The position numbers were made by a program, and so were the translations under genes. The notes below the pieces were generated by a model. That model ran no database searches, was not told the origin of the DNA, and was given only the letters and a program-made list of their open reading frames with translations. DNA of 64,000 nucleotides from an uncultured Chloroflexia bacterium (lineage in GTDB: Bacteria; Chloroflexota; Chloroflexia; QHBQ01; JADMIH01): positions 192,001 through 256,000 of the forward strand of contig CAWCNY010000004.1 of the NCBI GenBank assembly GCA_963797095.1. The letters run 5' to 3'. This document shows positions 48,632 to 58,351 of the stretch, one piece after another. Each line of letters opens with the position of its first letter. Position 1 is the stretch's first letter.

Positions 48632-48676
48632 AGAAACACGCCACGAGATGATGTGCCCTCGTGGCGTGTTTCTTTA
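48632..48676 (+). terminator. intrinsic terminator
   Basis: AGAAACACGCCACGAG ... CTCGTGGCGTGTTTCT followed by TT. Confidence 0.7.
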
Positions 48677-48702
48677 ATTAGCGATCTGTCATAAGTCCAA
48701 TA

Positions 48703-50307
48703 ATGAGTCGACGCAGGCGCTCCAGCTACAGCGGCTATTATTCGAGCTTTTCGAACCGCGACAAGGGGCGAAAGGTTCCATCGCCCCTGCCTTATTTGAT
48801 TATCGCGCTGCTGGCAGGCGCTGGGCTAGTGTATTTCCATGTGTTCGCGTTCAAGAGCCTTTCGGGGACGGTCAGCAACGCCTACAACGATTCGCCTCTC
48901 GCGAATATACCTGTAGTGGTGGAGGGTGGTGCGACCGCGGAAGGTACCCCCGGAGGAACCCCTGCTGTAACGATCACGGCGACCACCGGATCTGCCGGCG
49001 AATTCACTTTTGAGAAGCTGCCCGATCTGCCGGTGGTATCGGTGGAGGCTGACGGTTTTACGCCCCAGACAATCGACGCATCGAACAAGAGCACGCTTGA
49101 CATTAAGCTGGTGCCGAATGTGTTGCGCGGGATCGTGGAGACGCCCGACGGCACGCCTGTGCCGGGAGCGAGCGTGATTTCAGGCCAGACACGCGTGCTG
49201 ACGGGAGCGGATGGTGGGTATGAGTTGCGCGGGCTTTCGGAGGACAGGAAGCTGGTGGTCAAAGCGCCAGGTTACCTGGCATCGTCGGTGGAGGTCGGGC
49301 AGGTTGTAACTCAAAATGTCAGTTTGCAACCGTTCATGGCGAAAGCGATCTATGTGAGTGCCGACTCGATTGCGACGCCGGGGAAGTTGCAAGCCCTGCT
49401 GGACCTTGTTGACCGGACAGAGTTGAACGCGCTGGTGATAGATGTGAAGGCCGACAACAGCGGCAATGTACTGTATGCGAGCAATATTGAACTGGTTCAG
49501 CAGCTAGGGACTTCGGATGTAATTATATCGGACCTGGATGCGCTGCTTGCGCAGTTGAAGAGCAGGGGGATTTATACGATTGCCAGGCTGTCGGTGTTCT
49601 GGGACCAGGCGTTGACGGCAGCGAAGCCTGAATGGGCACTGCAGAGCAAGAAAGCACCGGGACAGCCGTGGCTGGCGGGGAACGGAACGCGATGGGCGAA
49701 CCCGTATGACACAGAGGTGTGGGATTACAATATCGCTATCGCGAAAGAGGTCGCGCAGAAAGGGTTCGATGAAATTCAGTTCGACTTCGCTTATTTTCCC
49801 TCGGTGGGAGACCTTGATGACATCGATTACGGGCCGCAGGCAGTGGGGAAGAAGCGGGTTGATGCGATCAACGGGTTCCTGGAGAGGGCGTACAGCGAGC
49901 TGTCGCCGATGGGAACATATGTGGCGACCAATGTGCTGGCCTTTACTCCGTTCGTCAGCGATGATATGGGGATAGGGACGAACCTGGAGATGATGGCGGC
50001 GAATAATGATTACATATGCCCTTACCTGTACCCATCGGACTATCCTGACGGCTTTTCGGATTACACGCACCCGGCGGAGCACCCCAGCGAGATTGTGGCG
50101 GGCACCATGCGGCCGGCGGTTAGCAGGCTCAAGACGGCTGCGGCGAAGGTACGCCCGTGGTTGCAGGACTTTTCTTCGAACGATGTGGCATATGACGCGC
50201 CCAAGGTACGAGCCGAAATAGACGCTGCCGAGCAGAATGGGGCGGCGGGGTGGATGTTGTGGAACTTTGGCAACACATACACAGAGGGGGCGCTCAAGGG
50301 GCAGTGA
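48703..50307 (+). CDS. TM-anchored paralogous putative glycoside hydrolase (DUF4015-like)
   Basis: NALVIDVK, GFDEIQFD, DYICPYLYPS, VRPWLQDF, GWMLWN. Confidence 0.85.
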   Translation: MSRRRRSSYSGYYSSFSNRDKGRKVPSPLPYLIIALLAGAGLVYFHVFAFKSLSGTVSNAYNDSPLANIPVVVEGGATAEGTPGGTPAVTITATTGSAGEFTFEKLPDLPVVSVEADGFTPQTIDASNKSTLDIKLVPNVLRGIVETPDGTPVPGASVISGQTRVLTGADGGYELRGLSEDRKLVVKAPGYLASSVEVGQVVTQNVSLQPFMAKAIYVSADSIATPGKLQALLDLVDRTELNALVIDVKADNSGNVLYASNIELVQQLGTSDVIISDLDALLAQLKSRGIYTIARLSVFWDQALTAAKPEWALQSKKAPGQPWLAGNGTRWANPYDTEVWDYNIAIAKEVAQKGFDEIQFDFAYFPSVGDLDDIDYGPQAVGKKRVDAINGFLERAYSELSPMGTYVATNVLAFTPFVSDDMGIGTNLEMMAANNDYICPYLYPSDYPDGFSDYTHPAEHPSEIVAGTMRPAVSRLKTAAAKVRPWLQDFSSNDVAYDAPKVRAEIDAAEQNGAAGWMLWNFGNTYTEGALKGQ

Positions 50308-50310
50308 TGC

Positions 50311-50339
50311 TTGACAGAGTCACGTGCCAATCCTATACT
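50311..50339 (+). promoter_or_regulatory. sigma70 promoter of lepA
   Basis: TTGACA-17 bp-TATACT. Confidence 0.75.
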
Positions 50340-50414
50340 GAGTGGTAGTATCCCGAACAGTGATGCGCTCCGGAGAGCGCATTCTTTATGAGAAAGTCAC
50401 GAATTCGCACCTAA

Positions 50415-52226
50415 ATGCAACAAGAGTTCATCCGCAATTTCTGTATTATCGCCCATATTGACCACGGCAAGTCAACGCTGGCCGACCGGCTGCTGGAAGT
50501 GACGGGGACGGTCGCCAAGCGGAACATGATGGAGCAGTTGCTCGATTCGATGCCGCTTGAGCGTGAGAAAGGGATCACGATCAAGGCGCGGGCTGTGCGT
50601 ATGAGCTACGAGGCGAAGGACGGTAAGACCTACGAGCTTAACCTGATCGATACGCCAGGGCACGTCGACTTCACTTATGAAGTCAGCCGGTCGCTGGCGG
50701 CCTGTGAAGGGGCGCTGCTTGTGGTGGACGCCACACAGGGTATCGAGGCGCAGACGCTGGCGAATACCTACCTGGCGCTGGATGGCGACCTTGAGATCGT
50801 ACCCGTGGTGAACAAGATCGATTTGCAGGCTGCGCAGCCGGAGATGGTGGCCGAGGAGATCGAGAACGTGATTGGCCTTCCGGCGGATGCGGTGATTTTT
50901 GCATCGGCTAAGGAAGGCACAGGCGTTTCGGAAATATTGGAGTCGGTAGTCAAGCACGTCCCCGCGCCCAGCGGCCAGCCGGACCAGCCTTTGCGGGCGC
51001 TGGTGTTCGACAGTCACTACGATTCGTATAAGGGTGTGGTGGCGTATGTGAGGATAGTGGATGGGGAGGTGAAGACAGGGGAACCGCTGCTGGTGATGTC
51101 GACCAATGCCTCGACGGAAGCGCAGGAGATCGGGATCTTTTCGCCTGATTTGACGCCGATCAAGGAATTGAAGACGGGCGAAGTGGGGTACATCGCCACG
51201 GGACTCAAGATCGTGCGGGATTGCCAGGTGGGGGATACTATAACGCTTCTGAGGCGACCTGCGGCGGAGGCGCTACCAGGGTACAGGCCGGTGAAGCCGA
51301 TGGTGTTCGCGGGGGTGTTCCCGGTCGATAGCGACAACTACGAGGATTTGCGGCAGGCTTTGGAGCGACTGCACCTGAACGATGCATCGCTGGTGTACGA
51401 GCCTGAGACCAGTGTAGCGTTGGGGTTCGGGTTCAGGTGCGGATTCCTGGGGCTGCTTCACATGGAGATCATTCGAGAGCGGCTGGAGAGGGAGTACGGG
51501 TTGACATTGCTTATGACCGCGCCGAATGTGGAGTACAATATCATCAAGACCGACGGCACGCCCCTTATTGTGGATAACCCCGCGGATATGCCCCCACCCG
51601 GAAATATCCGGTCAATTGAAGAGCCATGGATGCGGATCAGCGTGGTAAGCCCTACACGCTATATCGGCCCGATCATGGAGCTTGTCACGAGCAGGCGCGG
51701 GGCGTACAAGAAGATGGACTACCTTGACGAAGAGCGGGTGGTGCTGGAATACGAGATACCGCTGGGAGAATTGATCGTGGACTTCTACGACCAATTGAAG
51801 TCTCGCACTCAGGGGTACGCTTCGCTTGATTACCAGTTGGCCGAGTATCGTGAGGCGGACCTGGTCAAGCTCGATATTCTGGTGAACGGGCAACCTGTGG
51901 ATGCGCTAAGTATCATTACGCACCGTGACAAGGCCCAATACCAGGGGAGACAGCTTGTAGACCGGCTCCGGCGGTTGATTCCCAGGCAGATGTTCGAGGT
52001 ACCGATCCAGGCGGCGGTAGGCAGCAAGGTAATAGCGCGCGAAACGATCGCGGCGATGAGGAAGAATGTGCTCGCCAAGTGCTACGGCGGCGACATCACG
52101 CGCAAGCGGAAACTGCTGGAAAAGCAGAAGGAAGGCAAGGCGCGGATGAAGATGGTGGGCAGCGTGGAGATACCGCAGGAGGCGTTTATGGCGGTGCTGT
52201 CGCTGGAGGAGCAGGGGAGTAAGTAG
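50415..52226 (+). CDS. lepA: elongation factor 4
   Basis: [52 protein letters not shown]. Confidence 0.98.
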   Translation: MQQEFIRNFCIIAHIDHGKSTLADRLLEVTGTVAKRNMMEQLLDSMPLEREKGITIKARAVRMSYEAKDGKTYELNLIDTPGHVDFTYEVSRSLAACEGALLVVDATQGIEAQTLANTYLALDGDLEIVPVVNKIDLQAAQPEMVAEEIENVIGLPADAVIFASAKEGTGVSEILESVVKHVPAPSGQPDQPLRALVFDSHYDSYKGVVAYVRIVDGEVKTGEPLLVMSTNASTEAQEIGIFSPDLTPIKELKTGEVGYIATGLKIVRDCQVGDTITLLRRPAAEALPGYRPVKPMVFAGVFPVDSDNYEDLRQALERLHLNDASLVYEPETSVALGFGFRCGFLGLLHMEIIRERLEREYGLTLLMTAPNVEYNIIKTDGTPLIVDNPADMPPPGNIRSIEEPWMRISVVSPTRYIGPIMELVTSRRGAYKKMDYLDEERVVLEYEIPLGELIVDFYDQLKSRTQGYASLDYQLAEYREADLVKLDILVNGQPVDALSIITHRDKAQYQGRQLVDRLRRLIPRQMFEVPIQAAVGSKVIARETIAAMRKNVLAKCYGGDITRKRKLLEKQKEGKARMKMVGSVEIPQEAFMAVLSLEEQGSK

Positions 52227-52356
52227 TAGTCGGTAGTCGGAGGTTTCTAGCTCCAAGTTGCTAGTTCCTGGTTGTTGGTTGTTGGAGGTTGGTTGTTGTG
52301 GTAGTGCGTAGTTTTCGCGGGAATCACAGAGTTGTGACTATGATGGGCGATCGCAG

Positions 52357-53541
52357 ATGAATCCGTATGAAGTGTTGGGAGTAGCACGCGATGCGTCGTT
52401 GACCGAGATCGAGGACGCGTACGACGCGCTGTTTGATGAATATGAGCCGCTTGCGCAGGATGGAGACGCAGCGGCTATTGGCATGCTCAATGACCTCAAC
52501 GCGGCCCGTGACATGCTGGTTGACCCCAGGCGGCGTGCCCAGGTGGATGCCGGGTTGGCACGGCCTGCGCCAAAGCCTCAAAAGCAGGTCACGCCGGCCC
52601 CGACAGCGAGGCCCAAGCCACCGGCACCTAAGCCCCAGGTGAAAAGTAGTGCACAGGAACAGCGCGCACAGGGAGGGCAACGCAGCGACGCTCAAGGAAG
52701 GGCAGGCGCGGGCACGCCGATCAAGACGCGCAGGCGCGCCTCTTATGTTGTCCCTATGGAAGCGCCTCGGCGAAACTGGCTGACATACCTCCCATATTTC
52801 GCTGTTATCGTTGTACTGGGATTTGCAATAGCGGTGGGCGCATCGTTTCTCGCTAACAAAGGCAGTTGCGTCCCTGATGATCTGCCAACGGGCCCGACAG
52901 TGGCAACGGTCAATGGAGCGCCGATCTATCAACGCGACCTCGATGAGCGGGAGGCGATAGATAAGAGCGGCGCTTTGAGTGACCCGCTATTCTCGTCGTT
53001 CTTCGACCCCAATACGATCACGGGAACACGCGCGCTCGATTCGCTCAAGTTCAACTCGCTGGACAAGCTGATCAATATGGAGATTATCAAGCAGCAAGCC
53101 CAGAAGGAGGGAATCTGGCCGACGGGTGACCAGGAGACGACATTAGTGCAACAGGCAGCAGCGGCAGATGAGCAAGCGGGCGAGACTTACGAGCAAATGC
53201 TTTGCCGGATCCAGGTGAGTGATGCCAAGTACCGGCGCACAGTGATCGAGAATGTGATCTACACGGTGATGGCGAGCGAGCACATGCCCACAGATGGCAC
53301 TGATGATGAGCGCACCGACGGTTTTATCAAGTGGATTTGCGATACGCGGCAAGACTACAACGTAAATATCATGATGACGTTTATCGTTACCAACAATCCA
53401 TCGTGCACCAGCGGCTTGCCGTCGGACCTGCCGCTGCCGGGCCTGGGCCAGACGCCTGTGCCTGAACCTGAGGCAACCGGCGAGGTGCCCGCCCAGCCAG
53501 CGGCGACGCCACCCGCACCCGAGGAAACTGTTGAACCCTGA
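52357..53541 (+). CDS. J-domain-like / TM / SurA N-terminal-like fusion protein
   Basis: MNPYEVLGV..AS..EI..AY...LN.A...L.DP.RR; TM helix; VATVNG.PI...LDKLI..EII.Q.A...GI. Confidence 0.75.
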   Translation: MNPYEVLGVARDASLTEIEDAYDALFDEYEPLAQDGDAAAIGMLNDLNAARDMLVDPRRRAQVDAGLARPAPKPQKQVTPAPTARPKPPAPKPQVKSSAQEQRAQGGQRSDAQGRAGAGTPIKTRRRASYVVPMEAPRRNWLTYLPYFAVIVVLGFAIAVGASFLANKGSCVPDDLPTGPTVATVNGAPIYQRDLDEREAIDKSGALSDPLFSSFFDPNTITGTRALDSLKFNSLDKLINMEIIKQQAQKEGIWPTGDQETTLVQQAAAADEQAGETYEQMLCRIQVSDAKYRRTVIENVIYTVMASEHMPTDGTDDERTDGFIKWICDTRQDYNVNIMMTFIVTNNPSCTSGLPSDLPLPGLGQTPVPEPEATGEVPAQPAATPPAPEETVEP

Positions 53542-54340
53542 TGAGTTGATTGATCTGCAAACTGCTGCCGAGCAGGCGGCGAAAGTTGCGGGTGCAATCG
53601 CGCTTGAGGGGTACCGGGGCGTACTTGAGGTGACTTCCAAGGGCGGGACCGATATTGTAACGCAGTATGACCATGCAGCCGAGGAGGGTGCCCTTGGGGT
53701 GCTTCGCCAGCGATACCCGGACCATTCCTTCCTGGCTGAGGAGAGCGGGGCTTCGGGCGCGGAGGATGGCGAGCGTCAACTTTTCTGGATGGTGGACCCC
53801 ATCGACGGAACACATAACTATGCGAACCAGATTCCTTTCTGGTGTGTATCGGTGGCGGTAGCTGACAAGAAGACGGGGATCGTACTTGCCGGGGCTACCT
53901 TTGACCCGCTGCATGATGAGATGTTTTCGGCGCGGCGTGGAGCGGGAGCCACTCTCAACGGGGGACCGATCAGGACGGCGACCAAGAGCGACATCAGGCA
54001 GGCTATCGTTGGATATGACATCGGACACCACCCGGATATTTCTGCCCGAATGGTGAAGCTGGTGGCCTGGGTGCAGCCACGGGTCGCGAAGGTTCGACAT
54101 TTAGGGTCCGCCGCGCTTTCGCTGACCTATGTGGCGGCGGGCAGGCTGGATGCTTATTACCATCTCAGCCTTCAGCCGTGGGACATCGCGGCGGCCCTGC
54201 TCTTGATCGACGAAGCAGGAGGGATCGTTACCGATTGGAATGGGGAGCGAAGACTGGCGGGGTCGGGGGGCGCGATTGCGGCAGGAGTGCGGCTCCATCC
54301 TGGGCTGCTGGCGCTGCTGAGAGGCGCGGGCAGAGATTAG
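53531..54340 (+). CDS. suhB: inositol monophosphatase family (SuhB-like)
   Basis: DIVTQYD, AEES, WMVDPIDGTHNY, GSAAL, PWDIAA. Confidence 0.9.
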   Translation: MNPDELIDLQTAAEQAAKVAGAIALEGYRGVLEVTSKGGTDIVTQYDHAAEEGALGVLRQRYPDHSFLAEESGASGAEDGERQLFWMVDPIDGTHNYANQIPFWCVSVAVADKKTGIVLAGATFDPLHDEMFSARRGAGATLNGGPIRTATKSDIRQAIVGYDIGHHPDISARMVKLVAWVQPRVAKVRHLGSAALSLTYVAAGRLDAYYHLSLQPWDIAAALLLIDEAGGIVTDWNGERRLAGSGGAIAAGVRLHPGLLALLRGAGRD

Positions 54341-54474
54341 GAATTGGCCCAGACGCGCAGAAGATGAGCGCGGGCCGCGCGGAAGGCGGGGCTTTTCCTG
54401 TATAATTGGAATGCCGCACGCAACGCTCCCGTGCGGCTCGATCTGTAATTCGGATTTTCCCAAAGGAGGATAGG

Positions 54475-55974
54475 ATGAAACGATTAAGAGTATTCTCGGT
54501 ATTGGCGGCCATGCTTTTGTTGGTGTCGCTGGTGCTGTCGGCATGCGGCGACGAAGCTGCAACTGCCACGCCAGTACCACCGACTGACACGCCCAAGCCT
54601 GCCGCTACGGCGACAACTGAGGCTTTACCAACAGCAACAACCGTGACAGCAGCCGCGACTGCTACGCGTGCGGCAGCTGCTCCTACGTCTACCACCGGGG
54701 CAAGTGGTGGAACTGAGGCCAGCGGCGCTGAAGCTGACACCATCAAGGAGGTGCTGAGCGGGGCAGCGGACTATTCGAGCTATCACTTTGAAATCGAGGT
54801 AAAGCCCTCAGTCTACGTGACACAACCCGTACAAGCCGAAGGCGACTACGAAGCTCCAAACCTGGTGTATATCAAGGGCACAATTGGCGGCCAGGCCTTT
54901 GAGAACATCGCCATAGGTGATACGGTGTTTGAGAAGAATGCAAGCGGCGAGTGGGTCAAGAAGGAGGAAACGACTAACGCCAGCGACCCCACGGCGATGT
55001 TCGATCCTGAGAGTATAGTTTCAAGCGGCAACCCGCTGGCAAACCTGGGAGACCTGACCACCGCGATTTCGGCCTACAAAGATGCAGGCAACGTCCAGAT
55101 GGGAGGCACTACGGTCAAGCACTACACGTTCGACTTCGACCTTGGGGCTATGGCCTCCAGTGAGGGCATGCAGGGCATGGACGTGAGCGGTCTGGACCTC
55201 GGAGATGGCGGCTTCTACATCGATACAAATAACAAGCTCCTTTATGGCATCGACTACAATCTGAACCTGTCGGCCATCTTTGAGCTTATGGCACGGGCGT
55301 TTTCAGCCCTGGGAGGCACACCTACTCCGGGTGGAGTGGCACCAACTCCAATACCGAGGCTGGATGTGGACCTTGAAATGAGGGTCACCAAGCAGAACGA
55401 CCCATCGATCAAGGTGCCTGTAACAGACGAGATGCGCCAGATGGCATCGGAGGAACCTACATCGGAGCCGTTTGTCGAGGACACACCGGAGGCGATGGAC
55501 ACACCCGAGGAAGGAGAAACCCCGGAGGCGGTGCCCACGTTTGAAGGGCTGCCGCACGGCGACGGACAAGTGCACGAGGGTAAGCTAGGCGAGCCGGTGG
55601 ATGTCGGGTGGTCGAGGTTTACGCTGGACAGCGTGCAGCGCGGGGCCGAAGGGGTGATCGCGCCGGACGCCGGCAAGGAATACATCATCATCAATGTCAC
55701 TATCGAAAACGTGTCTGCGGACGACCCTCAGACGGTGTCAAGTGCGTTGATGTTGAAGCTGAAGGACTCGACGGGGCAGGAAATCGACCAGACGTTCATG
55801 GCTAACTATACAAACCAGCTAGATAGCCAGGACACCGAACTTGCCAAGGGCGAGAAGGTCAGCGGCGAGGTTGCGTATGAAGTGGACGACGGCCAGACTG
55901 GGCTCACGCTTGAGTTCTACCCGTACCCCTTCTTTGATGAGACTACGCTGGCGAAGGTAAGTCTGGACCAGTAG
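54475..55974 (+). CDS. lipoprotein with a LolA/LppX-like domain and a C-terminal DUF4352-like domain
   Basis: AAGGAGG RBS; lipobox LSAC; P/T/A linker; GKEYIIINVTIEN...GEKVSGEVAYEV. Confidence 0.75.
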   Translation: MKRLRVFSVLAAMLLLVSLVLSACGDEAATATPVPPTDTPKPAATATTEALPTATTVTAAATATRAAAAPTSTTGASGGTEASGAEADTIKEVLSGAADYSSYHFEIEVKPSVYVTQPVQAEGDYEAPNLVYIKGTIGGQAFENIAIGDTVFEKNASGEWVKKEETTNASDPTAMFDPESIVSSGNPLANLGDLTTAISAYKDAGNVQMGGTTVKHYTFDFDLGAMASSEGMQGMDVSGLDLGDGGFYIDTNNKLLYGIDYNLNLSAIFELMARAFSALGGTPTPGGVAPTPIPRLDVDLEMRVTKQNDPSIKVPVTDEMRQMASEEPTSEPFVEDTPEAMDTPEEGETPEAVPTFEGLPHGDGQVHEGKLGEPVDVGWSRFTLDSVQRGAEGVIAPDAGKEYIIINVTIENVSADDPQTVSSALMLKLKDSTGQEIDQTFMANYTNQLDSQDTELAKGEKVSGEVAYEVDDGQTGLTLEFYPYPFFDETTLAKVSLDQ

Positions 55975-55986
55975 TAGATAGTACGA

Positions 55987-56035
55987 ATCAGACAGAGAGA
56001 ATCTGCGGCCAGGCCGCAGATTCTCTCTGTCTGAT
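55987..56035. terminator. 24-bp-arm palindrome between convergent genes
   Basis: ATCAGACAGAGAGAATCTGCGGCC-a-GGCCGCAGATTCTCTCTGTCTGAT. Confidence 0.7.
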
Positions 56036-56044
56036 ATCCGGTGG

Positions 56045-56884
56045 CTACGCAAGGCGCAGAAGACGCGCGGCGTTGCCACCTAGAACGGCCTCAAGCTCTT
56101 CTGGAAGGAGGCCGGATAGTCGAATCCGATCCAGCATTTTGGCCTGGGAGAGGAGCGGGTAGTCGGTGCCCCAGAGGATGCGGTCGGCACCCACGATGCG
56201 GGCCGCGACCGGGAAAACGTCGAAGCGATACAGGTAGGTGGACGCTGCGGAGTCGTAGTAGACGTTTAGGAGGATTTCGTGCAGCTCCGGCATCAGGTCG
56301 TAAAAGGGAAGGCCGCCACCCCAATGTGCCATGACTATTTTGAGGTCGGGGAAGTTGCGGGCCAGGCTTATGAGTTTCTTGGGGAAGGTCTGGCCTTTGC
56401 CGGGGTAGGAGTGGCCGACCGGTTCGCTGGCGTGGGTAAGGAGGGGCCTGTCGTAGTGTTGGAGCACCTCGGCTGAGGCCTGAAGGATGCGCTTGTCCTC
56501 GATGTCGAAACGCTGGCCGTCGGGGCCCAGCTCACCCAGGCCCATGAGGCCGGCGTCGAGGCAGCGGGCAAGCTCCTGGGCGTCTCGGGCATCGAGGGGC
56601 TGGACGCAGGCGAAGCCTAGCAGCTTATCGGGATAGCGGCGAATCGCATCGATCAAGTAGTCGTTGTTCCAGGCGCATAATTTTCCGTCGCGCCAGGGGA
56701 AACCGAAAACCACGGTGCGGTCAACCCCGGCTGCTTGCATCGAGCGGATCACATCCTCGGCAGAGGCGAGTTTGTGCCTGGGGTTTTCGTAGAGCGTGCC
56801 GAACCAGGCGTCGCGCTCAAGATATTCGGCACGCGAGTCACGGACTTCGTCCGGGAAAATATGGGTGTGGAAGTCGATGATCAT
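56045..56884 (-). CDS. amidohydrolase_2 family protein
   Basis: IIDFHTH, AHWGGG, ILWGTDYP, GGNAARLL. Confidence 0.9.
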   Translation of the reverse strand: MIIDFHTHIFPDEVRDSRAEYLERDAWFGTLYENPRHKLASAEDVIRSMQAAGVDRTVVFGFPWRDGKLCAWNNDYLIDAIRRYPDKLLGFACVQPLDARDAQELARCLDAGLMGLGELGPDGQRFDIEDKRILQASAEVLQHYDRPLLTHASEPVGHSYPGKGQTFPKKLISLARNFPDLKIVMAHWGGGLPFYDLMPELHEILLNVYYDSAASTYLYRFDVFPVAARIVGADRILWGTDYPLLSQAKMLDRIRLSGLLPEELEAVLGGNAARLLRLA

Positions 56885-57001
56885 GGGGCGGAGGAGTGTG
56901 TCCGGTAGTTGACAGGGGCTTTGGGTCGTGGGCGATGTGTGCATTTTACGTTGTTGTGGGTGCGATGTCCAATGCAGTGATTACTCCCCACGGCTAAAGC
57001 C

Positions 57002-57792
57002 CTGTTCGTTACACACATTTATCAAGGGGGAGAGTGAAGGTGAGAGTTTAAATGAACACCTTGCATGATAGTTTGGACATAAATCCAACCTCGCCATAAG
57101 GTCTTCCAGCCGGGTGGGCCATCTCTACGCCTGCCTTGATGTCCACCTGGTTTGGCTACCTCTTTCCAGAACCTGCCAACTGTCAACCTCTCGATCTCTT
57201 CAGGCTCCATTTCCGCCAGTGCTCCTACCACTTGTACCAGTTCCACTGGTTGTACCAGTTCCCCTGGCAGTTCTTCTGATGCTAACCGCTCCGGCTCTAA
57301 CCGTGCTATCTCCCGCAACTGCAACAGCCTCATCGCTATCGGAGCACACAATCCCAGCAGCCGCTTCAGTGCTTGCCCACTGTGCAACTGCCTCTGCAGT
57401 AGAGTTTGCACCAGCATGCCCCGACCATGGCCCTCACCAATGGGTCCGAGGCCCGAAACAAATGGATCTGAGTGGTAATGAGCATAACGCGAATAGTCAA
57501 GTTCAGTTGTATCCTGTACCAGCAGTACCAATGGTTGGCGCAAAGCAGCAGAAAGGGTTAGACGGCAATGTATGTCGATCAAGGCGGCATGGGGCACATC
57601 TGGTTCGGACAACAGTCGATATGCAGCCACCAGATGTTTACGTCGACGCATCTGTTCGGGTAGTGAAGCGCTGGGCTTGCTAATCATACGGGCAGCAACA
57701 GACACTGCTCTCCACGTGCGCCGCTTATCACCCAATATCGCTTAGCCAAAGGTTCGCTCGGCCCAATCTTGCGGGTTGAGAAACTTGATCAT
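57002..57792 (-). pseudogene. IS4-family (IS50/Tn5-like) transposase remnant with one terminal IR
   Basis: DWAERTFG*AILGDKRR (in-frame TAA), QDTTELDY, GRRRDGPPGWKTLWRGW; catalytic core deleted; IR CTGTTCGTTACACACATTT at 57002-57020 resembles the Tn5 end. Confidence 0.85.
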
Positions 57793-57803
57793 GTTAGCTT
57801 GAA

Positions 57804-58048
57804 TTACATCTTGGAAAGCGCCAATCTGTCGTTGTGCAGGGAACACCACAACTGGGGATAGGTGAAGCTATCATACCTGTCATAAGCTCGGAACCGAGGG
57901 AAGCCCGCTTTGTTGCCACGCTTCACACGTACGTAGAACGCCTTGAAAGCCTTGTCTACTCGGCGCAGTACATCCTGCAACGTCTGGCTGTACATGTCCG
58001 CAAGGTCCGGTCGGACTTGTTTACATCCTACAAGGGCATTGGCCTGGT
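57804..58048 (-). pseudogene. tnpB: TnpB N-terminal fragment
   Basis: QANAL..CKQVRPDLADMYSQTLQDVLRRVDKAFKAF...GFPRFR...SFTYPQ. Confidence 0.85.
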
Positions 58049-58300
58049 GAGTGTGGTCTAAGGTGAGTGTGGTCTAAAGAGAAAGCCCTCTCAGTGGTGG
58101 CGTACTTTGCTTAGGAGCACGGCTTTCCCACTTCGAGGGCATGAAAAACCGCCAACCGTATCACTCCTAAGCAAGCTAATCATAGCACAAAAGCAGGCTT
58201 TTAGCAACCTAGGCGCTAACCTACTGCGTAAAGGCGGCCGTATCCCTATGCCTGAAGGCAGGGGTCTTAGCCGCCATGAGAAGCCGATAAGAAGGGGCAA

Positions 58301-58332
58301 TAAGAAGGGCACCTCAGGTGGGTGCCCTTTTT
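58301..58332. terminator. terminator hairpin
   Basis: AAGGGCACC ... GGTGCCCTT stem with T-rich tails on both strands. Confidence 0.6.
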
Positions 58333-58351
58333 GACAATTGGCGAGCAGCGA

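Larger units (their letters stand above)
56977..58286 (-). mobile_element. degraded IS200/IS605-family (tnpB) element with a nested IS4 remnant
   Basis: Right end ...GGCTTTAGCCGTGGGGAGTAATCAC ends at 56977; left-end hairpin at 58233-58275; TTAT at 58287-58290; tnpB fragment inside. Confidence 0.7.

Noticed and set aside
50350-50360. ATCCCGAACA resembling 5S rRNA loop C
   Set aside because: The match is only ~10 nt, with no surrounding 5S structure.
58046-58077. 16-bp repeats next to tnpB as a mini-CRISPR
   Set aside because: There are only two abutting copies with no spacer, which is a simple tandem duplication; the tnpB lacks its RuvC region.
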